Below are positions 10,538 to 23,990 of a DNA stretch of 64,000 nt, one piece after another (position 1 is the first letter of the stretch; each line of letters opens with the position of its first letter). The DNA lies in contig NC_052157.1 in the NCBI RefSeq assembly GCF_902713615.1, positions 56,881,790-56,945,789 of the forward strand. Reading direction: 5' to 3'. The position numbers and the translations under genes are program-made. Below the pieces are notes generated by a model that saw nothing but the letters and a program-made list of their open reading frames with translations, was not told the origin of the DNA and made no database searches. Source of the stretch: Scyliorhinus canicula. Taxonomy: Eukaryota.

Positions 10538-11205
10538 AATGACGAATCAGCTCTTTCCATAACATAACGGTCCCAATCCTAACCCCCAAGAGGGCGGATT
10601 CTTGTGAACCAAACGCGGAACTCAACCTCAACTAGGATTAACCTCGAACTTTCTGTGAATTAGAGAGTCCCTACAGTGCAAGAGGCCATTTGGCCCTTCA
10701 AGTCTGCTTCGGCCCTCCGAAAGAGTACCTTGCCCAGGCTTACTCCCTAACCCTAACCCTGAAACCCCACCTAAGATACGGGGAGAAAGTGCAAACTCCA
10801 CACACAGTTGCCCGAGGCTGGAATGAAACACGGCCCCCTGGCTCTGTCAAGTCTCGTATTGTATTTGACACTCCAAATAGAGAATGTTTAACAGAAAGGT
10901 GACAAATGTTGTACGGATTGGGTCTGTCCTGGAACAGTGGACAGGAACAGCTGGTTCTTACTGAGACAAGCGTAATGTTCACGCCCCTTAATCAGTAAGA
11001 AATTGTTGAGGTTTCTCTGGCACTCAAAGTCTTCTCCGCTTCTCGTTCAGAGTAATTTCACAAATTTAACTCCCGCCCGATGACATCAATGTGAGTGTGT
11101 TTTATCCGACTGTGTATCCCGGACGTGTTCCCAGTTACCCAAGTGCTCAGCTGGACCTCATCAGATATTCACCCAATCACTCAAATCGATTTGGATTCTT
11201 CACTG

Positions 11206-11769
11206 TGTTATGGGCCAGGGTTTTGAGACCCCAAAGTGTATCATGGAGTTCACCTGACCCACAACTTTGAATAGATTGTGGTTATGGGGAGCATCACTCT
11301 GCGGGTGTGATGCAACAGAAATCTACAGTACTTTAAAATTAAAACACTGTTTATTTATGAAACCGGTTAACACTTTATAAACCCACAGTAAACATCTTAA
11401 CAACTATCAACACCAATAAGTAACTCTTAATCTTTCCTTGCAACATCAATAAGACAAAAATAACCCTCTTTACAGAAAGACATCAGGTTTAACTTCACTA
11501 CTGAGAACAGTTACCACTTTGAAATCACCAAATGAACATTCTTTAGCTTGCAGAGTTTCATACACATCTTGCTGTGATTGCAGCTTCTCCAAGTGTAAAA
11601 CAAAACTAAACACACCTTGTAGCAAACAGCCTAAAGTGAAAGTAAAAGCAGACAGACAGCCCAGTTCCACCACACTCTGTCATCACTGGTAAACACCCAT
11701 TTCTTAAAGGTACATCCACAGCAGATAATTTTATAAACACCTATTTCTTAAAGGTACTCTCACATGACA
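11206..11769. mobile_element. Solo LTR
   Basis: TG...CA ends (tgttatgggccaggg...cacatgaca), near-TSD actg/acta; same family as 25193-25819. Confidence 0.75.
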
Positions 11770-11954
11770 ACTAGTTTCAATTCTTGAGTCACAGATATAG
11801 CAAAGGGCGGGGCCATTTGGCCCATCGTGTCTGTGCTGTCTATTTGAAAGATCTTTCTGATCTTTCTCAGTGCAGTGCAGCCCTCGCTCAGTACTGACCT
11901 TCTGTCAGAGCAGCACAACCCACTATTAATTTATCTATAACCCATCTGACATTG

Positions 11955-12485
11955 CTCGATTAGATTCCAGTCTGGAACTCACTCCCGGGTATCTGTTATT
12001 CTGTATATAAACCATCCCGAACTTCTCGATTAGATTCCAGTCTGTAACTAACTCCCGGGTATCTGTTATTCTATATATAAACCATCCCGAACTCCTCGAG
12101 TCGATTCCAGTCTGTAACTCACTCCCGGGAATCTGTTATTCTATATATAAACCATCCCGAACTCCTCGAGTCGATTCCAGTCTGTAACTCACTCCTGGGT
12201 AACTGTTATTCCTTATATAAACCCCCTGAAATGCTCAATTAGACTCCAGTCTGTAACTCACTCCCTGGTATCTTTTATTCTATATATAAACCACGCTGAA
12301 CCCCTCTGTTAGATTTCAGTCTGTAACTCACTCCTGGGAATCTGTTATTATATATATAAACCACCCGGAATCCCTCTATTAGATTTCAGTCTGTAACTCA
12401 CTCCTGGGAATCTGTTATTATATATATAAACCACCTCGAATCCCTCTATTAGATTTCAGTCTGTAACGCACTCCTGGATATCTGT
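11955..12485 (+). repeat. ~69-bp satellite array
   Basis: Repeated tagattccagtctgtaactcactcccgggtatctgttattctatatataaaccatcccgaac. Confidence 0.95.
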
Positions 12486-12489
12486 AACA

Positions 12490-12947
12490 GGTGCAGCGCA
12501 ACCTCTGGGAAGCTGTGGGAGTGACGGGTGGGGGCCCTGAAAGGGGGGAGACTGTCAGGGGGCATCGGGAAGCCTAAAGAGGGGGGGTGCTCCCACCATC
12601 CCATAGCGGGTTGTCCTCACTTGGGGTGGGGGTGGGGTAGTGCCCATGGGTATGGGGTTGACATTGCCCATGGGTGGTGAGGACTGGGGCACCCTTTCAA
12701 AATGGCTGCCTGATCCCTGAGTTCAGCTCCACAGTTCTGAAAAATATTCTAAGTGTGGGCTAAACCGATGAGAAATTCCCCAGGGCAAAACAAAAGTGAC
12801 ACAGGGTGAGATTCAGTTCCCTCATTGTGCTCGAGCAAGAGCGTGGTGAGGCTGATAAATAGCGAGAGAGGCCAAAAATGAGAACTGTGCCAAACCGTTC
12901 GCAATGCAACCAGCCCTCTCTTGTCGGCAAAATCAGGATCCAGTCGT
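12490..12947. mobile_element. Harbinger-derived terminal fragment
   Basis: Ends in ...aaaatcaggatccagtc, resembling the gagaatccagccc termini of other Harbinger copies in this window. Confidence 0.4.
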
Positions 12948-12975
12948 AGTGTGGTGAGAAACAAACAAACGCCAT

Positions 12976-13280
12976 GGGCGGCACGGCAGCACAGTGGTTA
13001 GCACTGTTGCTTCACAGCACCAGGATCCCAGGTTCGATTCCCGGCTTGGGTCACTGACTGTGTGGAGTCTGCACATTCTCCCCGTGTCTGCGTGGGTTTC
13101 CTCCGGGTGCTCCGGTTTCCCCCCACAAGCCCCAAAAGACGTGCTGTTGGGTGAATTGGTCATTCTGAATTCTCCCTATGTATATCCAAACAGGCGCTGG
13201 AGGGTGGTGACTAGGTGCTTTTCACAGTAACTTCATTGCAGTGTTAATGTAAGCCTACTTGTGTCAATGAATATTATTAT
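12976..13280 (+). mobile_element. HE1-type SINE (gaagttactgtg/ttcacagtaacttc subfamily)
   Basis: gggcggcacggcagcacagtggttagc head and conserved core. Confidence 0.85.
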
Positions 13281-13859
13281 CATTTAAGACTATTTCCATA
13301 CAATTTGCGGGAGCCACCCCATATTTAAAGGGATCCTGTGATTCATCCACCTCCCCAACAAGTGGTCATGCTGCCGCTGATTCATACTCCTTTTTAAAAA
13401 GTGAATCTGGTGGAAGGGCTGTTGCGGGGTGCCGAGGAGGGGAGTAGCCCATCTTCGCTTGCAGGCAAAGAGCCCAAGGGCACTGGGGATGTTGTCCCTG
13501 TGCTCAAAGGGGAGTGGGGGGGGGGGGGGGGGGGGGCAGAAACCGGATGGGCCCCAGCCCCATGGACATGTCCGTGGCCAGGGGATGGATGAATGCAACA
13601 ATGAAGGGACCTCAACCCGATCCAGGTAATGTTCCGTTTGGGTGTCTGTGGTGCAGGGTGTGGGGGTCCAGTGAGCAACGGCCCCTGCTGTGACTGGGTG
13701 TGCGTGGACAGGGTATGCTGGGTTGGGGGGGGGGGGGGGGGGGGTGACGGAGGTGGGGAGCAATGAGGAGACTGGAGGGTCCCGAGGTGGGAGACATCAC
13801 TCACACCCTTTCCCAATTCCTTACAAATATTGAACGGTATGGACAATACTTTGGACCCC

Positions 13860-15242
13860 GCTGAACCTGCCCTAGTGGTGTTTTTGGCAGGCAAGGTAGC
13901 CAGACGACGGAGAAGGCGGCGGCAGCTGCAGTGTCAACTGAGATCACGAGGCAGTGACCCATGTGCAGGGTCCCTACCCACACCCTGAGGACCCGGCCAG
14001 TGTGACACCCAGAGGGAGAAGCCCACGGCGGCCCAAGGTGCACAGCGCATGCCGCAGGAGGCTCCGCCTCAACAAGGGGTTGGTGCAGCACCTGTGCCAT
14101 GTCTTTGCGAACTCCGGGTGGAGTTGGAGGACACCCGCTCCCGGTGGCCGTCAATGTCACCGCAGCCCTGATCTTTTATGCCTCAAGGACATTTCAGGGC
14201 TCGAGAAGGGACCTGTGTGGCATCTCTCAAGATACAGCCCACAGGTCATCCGACAGGTCACAGATACCCTATTTGCTCAGACAGCAAACTATAAAAACAT
14301 GGACCAAGCCCAACCAGATGCCCGGTCAGCAGGATTCTCCGCCATCGCTGGGATGCCCCAGATCCAGGAGCCAATAGATGGCTTTGTGCGTACCGGGCCA
14401 TCTGGGAGTGCCGCACGTCAACAGGGAGGGGTTCAATTCCTTGCACATTCAGCTTGTGTGCAACCACCACATGTAGATCATGTACATGTTGCACGCTTCC
14501 CGGGGAGTGTGCACGACAGCGACATCCTGGGGCAGTCAGACATCCCCGGCCTGTTCGAGGATCACCCCAGGATGGCCAGTTGGCTCTTCGGGGATAAGGG
14601 GTACCCACTGAGGACCTGTCTAATGACGCCAGGACAGAGACTAGTGACTGATACGGAGACCTGACACAATGAGGCTCATGCGCCCACCCAGGTTGTCATT
14701 GCTCAAAATGTGGTCCCGAGGCCTTAACTGCTCCGGTGGTACGCAGCAGTACACCGCCTAGAGGACTGGATTTGTTTATTGTCACATGTACCGAGGTACA
14801 ATGAAATGTATTTTTCTGCGAACAGCTCAACAAATCATTAAGTACATGAAAAGAAAAGGAAATAAAAGAAAATACATAATAGGGCATCACAAGGTACACA
14901 ATGTAACTACATAAGACCAGCATCGGTGAAGTATACAGGGGTGTTGTGTTAATCAGGTCAGTCCATAAGAGGGTCGCCCACCTTGTGGGGGTCTGTGCTA
15001 TCCTCCACAACCTGGCACAGCAGTAAGGTGATGCAGTGGAGGTGGAGGAGGAGGATGAACATGTGCCCACCTCAGAGGAGGAGAAGGAGGAGGAAGAGGA
15101 GGTGAGGAGAAGGTGCTGGACTAGGAGGGACTGGGGGATGATCCTGGAGAACCAGCCAGAGGCTGGAGGACAGGCAGCAGCAGCGAGGATCTGGCAAGCC
15201 CGGAGGGCTAGGGAGGCCCTCATCAATGCCTGCTTCACGTAG
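13860..15242 (+). pseudogene. Harbinger (HARBI1-like) DDE transposase relic, interrupted by a Rex1 3' fragment at ~14770-14965
   Basis: CRRRLRLNK, LPVAVNVTAALIFYAS, AGMPQIQEPIDG, ARFPGSVHDS, LFGDKGYPL, acidic tail ending ARRAREALINACFT*; frameshifted. Confidence 0.9.
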
Positions 15243-15404
15243 CAATTAGGCTAGTCCGTAATCGAAGCCACTCCCCCCTCCCTCCCCCTCCTCCATCCCT
15301 TTGAACTCCCCCACCCTCACCATCCTCTCCTCCTCCCCCCTGACCCTCCATTTTCCATCCTCCCAGGGTCTGTGTCACATCAATCCAGGGTGCTGGGACT
15401 GTGT

Positions 15405-16948
15405 CAGCACTGTCAGCGGGTCACTGTCAGCGGGTCACTGTCAGCGGGACACTGTCAGCGGGTCAGCGGGTCACTGTCAGCGGGTCACTGTCAGCGGGTC
15501 AGCGGGTCAGCGGGTCACTGTCAGCGGGTCACTGTCAGCGGGTCACTGTCAGCGGGTCACTGTCAGCGGGACACTGTCAGCGGGTCAGCGGGTCACTGTC
15601 AGCGGGTCACTGTCAGCGGGTCACTGTCAGCGGGTCACTGTCAGCGGGTCACTGTCAGCAGGTCACTGTCAGCGGGTCACTGTCAGCGGGTCACTGTCAG
15701 CGGGTCAGCGGGTCACTGTCAGCGGGTCACTGTCAGCGGGTCACTGTCAGCAGGTCACTGTCAGCAGGTCACTGTCAGCGGGTCACTGTCAGCGGGTCAC
15801 TGTCAGCGGGTCACTGTCAGCGGGTCACTGTCAGCAGGTCACTGTCAGCGGGTCACTGTCAGCGGGTCAGCGGGTCACTGTCAGCGGGTCACTGTCAGCG
15901 GGTCACTGTCAGAGGGTCACTGTCAGCGGGTCACTGTCAGCAGGTCACTGTCAGCGGGTCACTGTCAGCGGGTCACTGTCAGCGGGTCACTGTCAGCGGG
16001 TCAGCGGGTCACTGTCAGCGGGTCACTGTCAGCGGGTCACTGTCAGCGAGTCAGCGGGTCACTGTCAGCGGGTCACTGTCAGCGGGTCACTGTCAGCGGG
16101 TCACTGTCAGCGGGTCACTGTCAGCGGGTCAGCGGGTCACTGTCAGCGGGTCAGCGGGTCACTGTCAGCGGGTCACTGTCAGCGGGTCACTGTCAGCGGG
16201 TCACTGTCAGCGGGTCAGCGGGTCACTGTCAGCGGGTCACTGTCAGCGGGTCACTGTCAGCGGGTCACTGTCACTGTCAGCGGGTCACTGTCAGCGGGTC
16301 ACTGTCAGCGGGTCACTGTCACTGTCAGCGGGTCACTGTCAGCGGGTCACTGTCACTGTCAGCGGGTCACTGTCAGCGGGTCACTGTCAGCGGGTCACTG
16401 TCAGCGGGTCACTGTCAGCGGGTTACTGTCAGCAGGTCACTGTCAGCGGGTCACTGTCAGCGGGTCACTGTCAGCGGGTCACTGTCAGCGGGTCACTGTC
16501 AGCGGGTCACTGTCAGCGGGTTACTGTCAGCAGGTCACTGTCAGCGGGTCACTGTCAGCGGGTCACTGTCAGCGGGTCACTGTCAGCGGGTAACTGTCAG
16601 CGGGTCACTGTCAGCGGGTCACTGTCAGCGGGTCAGCGGGTCACTGTCAGCGGGTCAGCGGGTCACTGTCAGCGGGTCACTGTCAGCGGGTCACTGTCAG
16701 CGGGTCACTGTCAGCTGGTCACTGTCAGCGGGTCACTGTCAGCGGGTCACTGTCAGCGGGTCACTGTCAGCGGGTCACTGTCACTGTCAGCGGGTCACTG
16801 TCAGCGGGTCACTGTCAGCGGGTCACTGTCAGCGGGTCACTGTCAGCGGGTCACTGTCAGCGGGTCAGCGGGTCACTGTCAGCGGGTCACTGTCAGCGGG
16901 TCACTGTCAGCGGGTCACTGTCAGCGGGTCACTGTCAGCGGGTCACTG
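15405..16948 (+). repeat. 14-bp minisatellite (GGGTCACTGTCAGC)n, roughly 110 units
   Basis: Directly visible; variants are 6-nt deletions (GGGTCAGC), CACTGT duplications and single substitutions. Confidence 0.98.
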
Positions 16949-16949
16949 T

Positions 16950-18900
16950 TGTGGGCAGGGGGGCTGATGATAACCCGCAGATGCTCCACAATCTGTGCCA
17001 TCGTCTGACTCCTGCCTGTCTGCTGAGTGCTCGCTTACACCCATCACTCCATGTCTGGGGAGATGGGGCATGGATTTGTTGGTCGGCCTGCACTGCAGAA
17101 GGAAGTGCCACAGGCGTCGTATTGGTTGTGGTGAAGGGTTTTTAATGTATCTCAAAGAAGTATCCACCAATTCCCTAGTCACCCGAAGATGCCACCCCAC
17201 TCTCGCCACCACCCCTCACCCTCACACCCCCCAAGGTACAAACCCCCCCTCACCCCCTACCTACCCCTCACAGTGACCATCGACATGCTTGGCCTTCCAT
17301 GCTGAGAGCGGTTCATGTCCCGCAGAACCCCATCAAGGTCAGCCTGGTACTGGGTCACATTCACAAGCGAATCGGATATCCTGCCGAGACTCTCAGCCAT
17401 GGCCGTCACCGATTGCGCCACACCTTGGACACCTTCACTAATGATGCCGATGTCGTGGACCAGGCTCTCCACTGCGGTCACCACCCTAGCATTGTTGGCC
17501 TCGGTGATACGCATTGCCAGCGACACTCCTGCACCTGTAGTCTCTGGGACTCCTCCAATCGGCCATGGGCCTGCTGGAGTGCCGCTGACATCTCCCTCTG
17601 AATGTCCTGACCGCTCCCTATCATCTCCACCAGCTCTGGGTAATGCTGTACCACAGGCTCAGCATCAGGCTGGCACCCTGCTGGGTCCCGGGATCCAGGA
17701 GACCTCTGACTACTGTCTCGCCTGGGCTTCCTGCCTCTACCTGATGCACATTAGCAACTTTGTGGTAGCCACCAAAATGTACCACAGAAGCTTAACCGCT
17801 ACCGTCGCCCACTGAGTTGGGTGTTCCTGCACTGTTGGAGGGTGGAGATGACAGCTGTGATGCATCTATGGTGGTCTTCTCAGGAGCTCTCCTTGGAACT
17901 ACTCTCATGGGAGGTTGGGGGTGGGGGTAGGGGTGGGGGTGCGGGGTGGAGGGGGGGGGGTGACACCACTCCGGATTGGCTGGCGCTGTCGGCTGGGTTT
18001 CCTGTGGGAAAATGGACCTGTGGTCAGTAGGAGGGATGGGGCAGTCAGTACGGCAATAACCACTCCAGTTTAAGTCCATCTGGGTGGGGCCCAGTGGATC
18101 CTCACATCAGCATTGTACGCTGACCTCCGTGTTGGTGACCGTTCTGTCCTCAGCGGTCCCTGTATTCTCCAGGTACCGTTCCTCGAAGGTGGTGAGAATT
18201 CTGATGTCTGGGACCTCACCACCTTTCTGGTCCCTTTCCCGATGGTTGTGGGACAACTTTTCCTGCGGAGACACAAAAGGCACATTGTTAGCCGTATGCA
18301 TGGTTCATCATGCGGAGGAGAGGGGTGAGTTTCGGAGGGTAGTTTGAGGAGGAGGATTGGGGTGGGGATGATCCGCATAGGGTGGGAGAAGGATTTGGGA
18401 GGGGATTGGGAAGGGGCAGCATGGGCAGCATGGGTGGGATAGGACATGGCATGGTGCTGGGCGGGGGCAGTGCCAGGCGCATTGCTATGGGGACGCGGGT
18501 GCCGGGGGTCGGGTGCCAACTCACCCATGCAGCCCAGTGTAGGTCATTGACCTTCTTACGCAGGTCAATGCGGGCCGGTCCTCCTGGTCACACTGCCCGA
18601 GTTGACGGTCGCTGTCACTTCCTTCCAGGTGGCATGGCTGCCCTGTGGCTGACCCTCTGGGACCCTCAGGGGAATAGGACATCCCCCTTGGCCTCGGCTC
18701 CATGGCTCCAAGCTGTGGAGTTGACGTGCAAGAGCAATTTACTGTTGTTAGCGGGGGACTGACAGGGAGAACGGGCCGTGGGGCCAGGGTATCTCCGCAA
18801 AACAGACCCCACCCCTGCACCCCACCCTCTGGCATACCACCCCCCCAACTTGCCACCACCCTCTGGCAGGGCATCACGTGGCCCACCCAAAGGCAACGCG
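16950..18900 (-). pseudogene. Harbinger Myb/SANT-like second ORF relic
   Basis: Minus-strand fragments AEAKGDVLFP...LRKKVNDL and QEKLSHNHRERDQKGGEVPDIRILTTFEER, divergent from the transposase at 19.15 kb. Confidence 0.65.
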
Positions 18901-19149
18901 CACAGTAGCCCCTACAGGGGGGGGACCAGACTGGAGCACCAGAGCGTACCACTGGCAAAGGCTCCGTCAGCCAACGATACCCCTGGCAACAGGGACGGGC
19001 GCTAGGGCAGAGGTCAGGGCTGGGGGGAGGTTGGGGGGGGGGGGGGGGGGGGGGGACGACATGCAGGAGCATAGACCGCTATGTCAACTGGGGCCACTGT
19101 GTAGCCTGTTGGACCTGGTTGGGTATGGGGGTACACAGCATGCTAACAT

Positions 19150-20010
19150 GTCGACCTTTCACCCCCTGCAAACAATGGCTATTGGAATTCAACCAAAATT
19201 GGTGGCCTTTCTCCTAGTTGTCGCAATCCTGGATGATGCACTGTGGCTGTCAGAGCTGGAGTTTCTCAAGGAGGAGGAAGCTGCAGAAGCGAAGCAAGCC
19301 ACAGGGGAACAGGAGGCAGCCACTGAAGAATGGAGAGCCGACTGCCCAACAGGCTGAGGAGAAGGAGGTGTTAAGAAGGCCTTGAGTGTACTGGGAGTGC
19401 CTGTCATTCAAGGACCCGCCGGACCGGGCATACCGTCCAAAACTCCTGCTGTGCAGGGGGACGGTGTGACATATCTGCCAGATCATAGCGCAACTGGCAC
19501 TGCAGGGTATGGCGGAGGGCACCTGCTCCGGGTGGCCACCCAAGTGACGGTCGCCTTGAACCTTTACACCACGGGATCCTTCCAGGCACCGAGTGGGGGC
19601 TTGTCCGTGATCTCCCATATCGGTGCACAGGTGCATCCATGCAAACACGGAGGTCCTTTCTGCCCAGTCGGCTCAAAACATCCATTTCAATGTGGGCTGA
19701 ACCCACCAGGATGCCCCATCACCAACATGGCCTGGGTCCAGGGGGTGATTAGTAGGGTGCACGTTGCTGTAGGAGCACCTGCAAATGACAGGCCGCTCTA
19801 CACAAGCCGAAAGAGATTCCCCTCGATGAACTTGCAGCTGATTTGTGACCATCAGCTCCTCATCATACATGTCTGTGCCCGATACCCAGGCAGTGCGCAC
19901 GTCGCCTTCATCCTGGCACACTTGATGATTCCTGACATTTTTGAGGCCCACCCAGGGCTGGGGGGTTTGCTCCTGGGCAACAGGGGTTATCCAATGGCCA
20001 TGGCATATAT
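19150..20010 (+). pseudogene. Second Harbinger transposase relic (5' two-thirds)
   Basis: QVTVALNLYTTGSFQ, RKRFPSMNLQLICDH, CARYPGSAHVAFIL, LLGNRGYP. Confidence 0.9.
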
Positions 20011-20067
20011 CTGTCAATTACCAACTGGGTACAGACATTCAGTCGGATTCTCCGTTCCTGAGACTAA

Positions 20068-20545
20068 TGGCTGGATTCTCCGATCCTGCGGCTATGTCCG
20101 GACAATCTCATGCAACATGGCGCCGGCTGCGCGCCGACACGGTCTGCCAAAAATATCACCCCCGCAACCAGCCTCGCCTCATCTGGACCACCCCCCACCA
20201 GCCCCCTAGCCCCCACCGAAGGCCCCCTAGCCAGTGGAATGGCTCCACTCCCAACTGTGGCAACGCTGGACAAGTGCGCAGCCGCCAGACAAGGTCCCCG
20301 AACGGTATGACCACATGCGAGCGAGGCCATCGGGGACTCGGCCCATTGGGGGCGGAGCATTGGGGGAGGGCCTTTGGTGACGTCCTGAGGCCGTCCATAC
20401 AGCATGCAGTGTACTCCCCAAGTATGGCATTTTTGAGGGGGCGGAGCGTCGCAAAAACACCCCCGCCCCTAAATCCAGCATAAACATTAATACTCCGGCC
20501 GATCGCGAATGCGATTTTGGCATTGACGATCGGAGAATCCAGCCC
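20068..20545. mobile_element. Harbinger-derived MITE inserted in the terminus of another Harbinger relic (~20040-21420)
   Basis: TIR (t/g)ggctggattctccgatc / gatcggagaatccagccc with TAA TSD (20065-67 and 20546-48). Confidence 0.85.
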
Positions 20546-21449
20546 TAAGTGTTGGCGCCGGGGGACAAATCGTGGAGTTCCATGACAGCAAAAATGGCGC
20601 CACACCTCGATCTGTTCAGTGACTGTAACCCTATTGGCACCACATGGAACACAACCGATTCTAGTGAATACCGGTGTCTGATTCGCCGGACCCATGATTG
20701 ACACTCAGGAAGCTGATAAACTACAGCCCCATATACACACTTCACTCCCGACTCACACCATCCCAGCCAACAAGGTGGCACTGGTTGCACTGCACTGCAG
20801 GGCACCCATCCCACTAATGGGTCACTGGGGTCAGAGAGCACTTAGAGGCGTGGCCTGGAGGGCACCCATACGGCCCATGGCACTAAGCTCACGGTGGGCA
20901 GTCAGCGGCACCCGCAGCTGCAGTGTTGCCTTGCAGGCAGCAGCAATGGTGTTCCATGCCCGTTCACCATGACCCCACAGCCTACCTCCTGGCCACTCCT
21001 CACTACTTCCCCCGGACCTGGCAGAATGCCCCACGACCAGTGGCACAACGGTAGGCACACTATGACAATGTTGGACACTTTCCGTACGCCCTCTCTCTCC
21101 CTCTGAAGCCACAGCGCTTATTTCATGATTTTTAAAAGTACAATCATCATAAGAATCTGGGGGTGGGGGGTAGATGGGCGGACATTGGGTGTGGGCTTGG
21201 GCCAGGGACTCCAGTTCAGCCAGCGCTTACCGCCCCGGTGACCCAGACCCATCCTGTTCCACTTCACACCGCACCACCTCCCCACCCCACCTTCCCCTCT
21301 CACCCGACCACCCCGAGGGTTCGATGGGACCGTGTGAAGTGATTGGGTGGGATGGGATGACCATGCCTTTGACTGGGCCCCGAGTCAGTGAACCTGGAGG
21401 TGACTAGAGCATCCCGTGCGCATCAGCCTAGACGCACATGTTAATAGTA

Positions 21450-21724
21450 ATAATTATTATTATTATCACAAGAAGGCTTACATTAACACTGCAAAGAAGT
21501 TACTGTGTAAATCCCTTACTACGGCGTCGGGTACATGGAGGGAGAATTCAGAATGTCCAAATTACCTATCAGCACGTCTTTCGGGACTCGTAGGAGGAAA
21601 CCGGAGCACCCGGACGGAACCCACGCAGACACGGGGAGAAAGTGCTGACGCCGCACAGACAGTGACCCAAGCTGGGAATCGAACCTGGGACCCTGGCACT
21701 GTGAAGCAACAGTGCTAACCATTG
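21450..21724 (-). mobile_element. HE1-type SINE
   Basis: Conserved core on the reverse strand. Confidence 0.85.
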
Positions 21725-22030
21725 TGTTACCAAGATGGTGGCGGCAGACACACCATGCAGTCTTTGGACCAAGGTCATGTGACCTGTGACTCCGAAATAA
21801 GGAGAGACCCATCCGGCTATCTTCAGAAGAAGATTGCGAGGGTAATAAGATGTATATGTGAATGGTCAGTGCTAGGTGCAAGTTCCAGAGGAGTAATTAG
21901 CAGACTCCATGATAACCTGCTCTGTATCAGACTGCTGTCTTAGCACATCAGACTCAATAAAAGATCCTGGTTTGGACAAGTCGCTGTGTTTGGTGAGTTC
22001 CTTCATGAAGTACAAAGGACCAAACACAAC
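21725..22030 (+). mobile_element. Probable solo LTR
   Basis: tgttacc...cacaaca ends, internal aataaa; no clean TSD found. Confidence 0.5.
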
Positions 22031-22299
22031 ACTCCACCTCCGGGTGAACCCACACCCCCGCTTTTGGCAGCTCCAAGTCCCGCCAACCTAACACAATCCG
22101 TCTCCGGGCTATCAGGGAGGTAAAGGCCAAAACATCGGCCTCTCCCACCTGGACTCCCGGGTCTTCTGACACACCAAATATCGGCACCTCCGGACTCGGA
22201 GACACCCTCACACCCAGCACCTCAGGCATTACGTCCGAGAACCCCTGCCAGAAACCCTTCAGTCTTGGATACTCCCAGAGCATGGATTGTATTGGATTG

Positions 22300-23990
22300 G
22301 CTTTTGTTTATTGTCACCTGTACCGAGGTACAGAGAAAAGTATTTTTCAGCTCAACAGATCATTAGGTACATGAAAAGAAAAGGAAATAAAAGAAAATAC
22401 ATAATAGGGCAACACAAGGTACACAATGTAACTAGATAACACCGGCATCAGGTGAAGCATACAGGGGTGTAGTGTTAATAGGTCTGTCCATAAGAGGGTC
22501 GTTTAGGAGTCTGGTAACAGTGGGGAAGAAGCTGTTTTTGAGTCTGTTCGTGCATGTTCTCAGACTTTTGTACCTCCTGCCCGATGGAAGAAGTTGGAAG
22601 AGTGAGTAAGCCGGGTGGGAGGGGTCTTTGATTATGCTGCCCGCTTTCCCAAGGCAGCGGGAGGTGTAGATGGAGTCAATGGATGGGAGGCAGGTTTGTG
22701 TGAAGGACTGGGCGGTATTCACGACTCTCTGAAGTTTCCTGCGGTCTTGGGCCGAGCAGTTGCCTTACCAGGCTGTGATGCAGCCCGATAGGATGCTTTC
22801 TATGGTGCATCTGTAAAAGTTGGTAAGGTTAATGTGGACATGCCGAATTTCCTTAGTTTCCTGAGGAAGTATAGGCGCTGTTGTGCTTTCTTGGTCAACG
22901 TGGGTGGACCAGGACAGATTTTTGGAGATGTGTACCCCAAGGAATTTGAAACTGCTAACCATCTCCACCTCGGCCCCGTTGATGCTGACAGGGGTGTGTA
23001 CAGTAATTTGCTTCCTGAAGTCAATGACTAGCTCTTTAGTTTTGCTGGCATTGAGGGATAGATTGTTGTCGCTGCCTCACTCCACTAGGTTCTCAATCAC
23101 CCTCCTGTATTCTGACTCGTCATTATTCGAGATCTGGCCCACTATGGTCATATCATCAGCAAACTTGTAGATGGAGTTGGAACCTAATTTTGCCACGCAG
23201 TCGTGTGTGTATAGGGAGTATAGTAGGGGGCTAAGTACGCTGCCTTGCGGGGCCCGGGTATTGAGTACTATTGTGGAGGAGGTGTTGTTGTTTATTCTTA
23301 CTGATTGTGGTCTGTGGGTTAGAAAGTCGAGGATCCAGTTGCAGAGTGAGGAGCCAAGTCCTGGGTTTTGGAGCTTTGATATGAGCTTGTCTGGGATTAT
23401 GGTGATGAAGGTGGAGCTGTAGTCAATAAATAGGAGTCTGATGTAGGAGTCCTTCTTGTCGAGATGCACTAATAATAACAATGGCTTATTGTCACAAGTA
23501 GGCTTCAATGAAGTTATTGTGAAAAGCCCCTAGGGATGAGTGTAGGGCCAGGGAGACGGCGTCTGCTGTGGACCGGTTGCGGCGGTATGTGAACTGCAAT
23601 GGATCAAGGTGTTCTGGGAGTATGAAGGTGATGCGCTTCATGACCAACCTCTTGAGGCACTTCATTACGGCTGATGTCCAGGGCCACCAGACGGTAGTTA
23701 TTGAGGCACGTTGCCTGGTTCTTCTTTGGCACCGGTATGATGGTGGTTTCCTTGAAGCAGGTGGGGACCTTGGAGCGGAGTAGGGACAGGTTAAAGATGT
23801 CCGTGAACACATCTGGCAGCTGGTCTGCGCAGGCTCTGAGTGCACGACCAGGGATCCCGTGCGGACCCTTCTCCATCCGTCCTTCCGAGGGTTCACTTTC
23901 AGGAAAGCCGATCTGACTTTGGAAGCTGTGATGGTGGGTATGGGTGTGTTGTTGGCTGCTGGGGCACTCGACAGTGGATCATTGATTCGT
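22300..23990 (-). mobile_element. Rex1/Babar-type LINE, 3' half
   Basis: [59 protein letters not shown]. Confidence 0.92.

Noticed and set aside
12976-13060. tRNA-like A/B boxes
   Set aside because: These are SINE heads; no complete cloverleaf
15301-17008. Three 430-535-aa ORFs
   Set aside because: They are translations of the 14-bp minisatellite, which simply lacks stop codons on the plus strand
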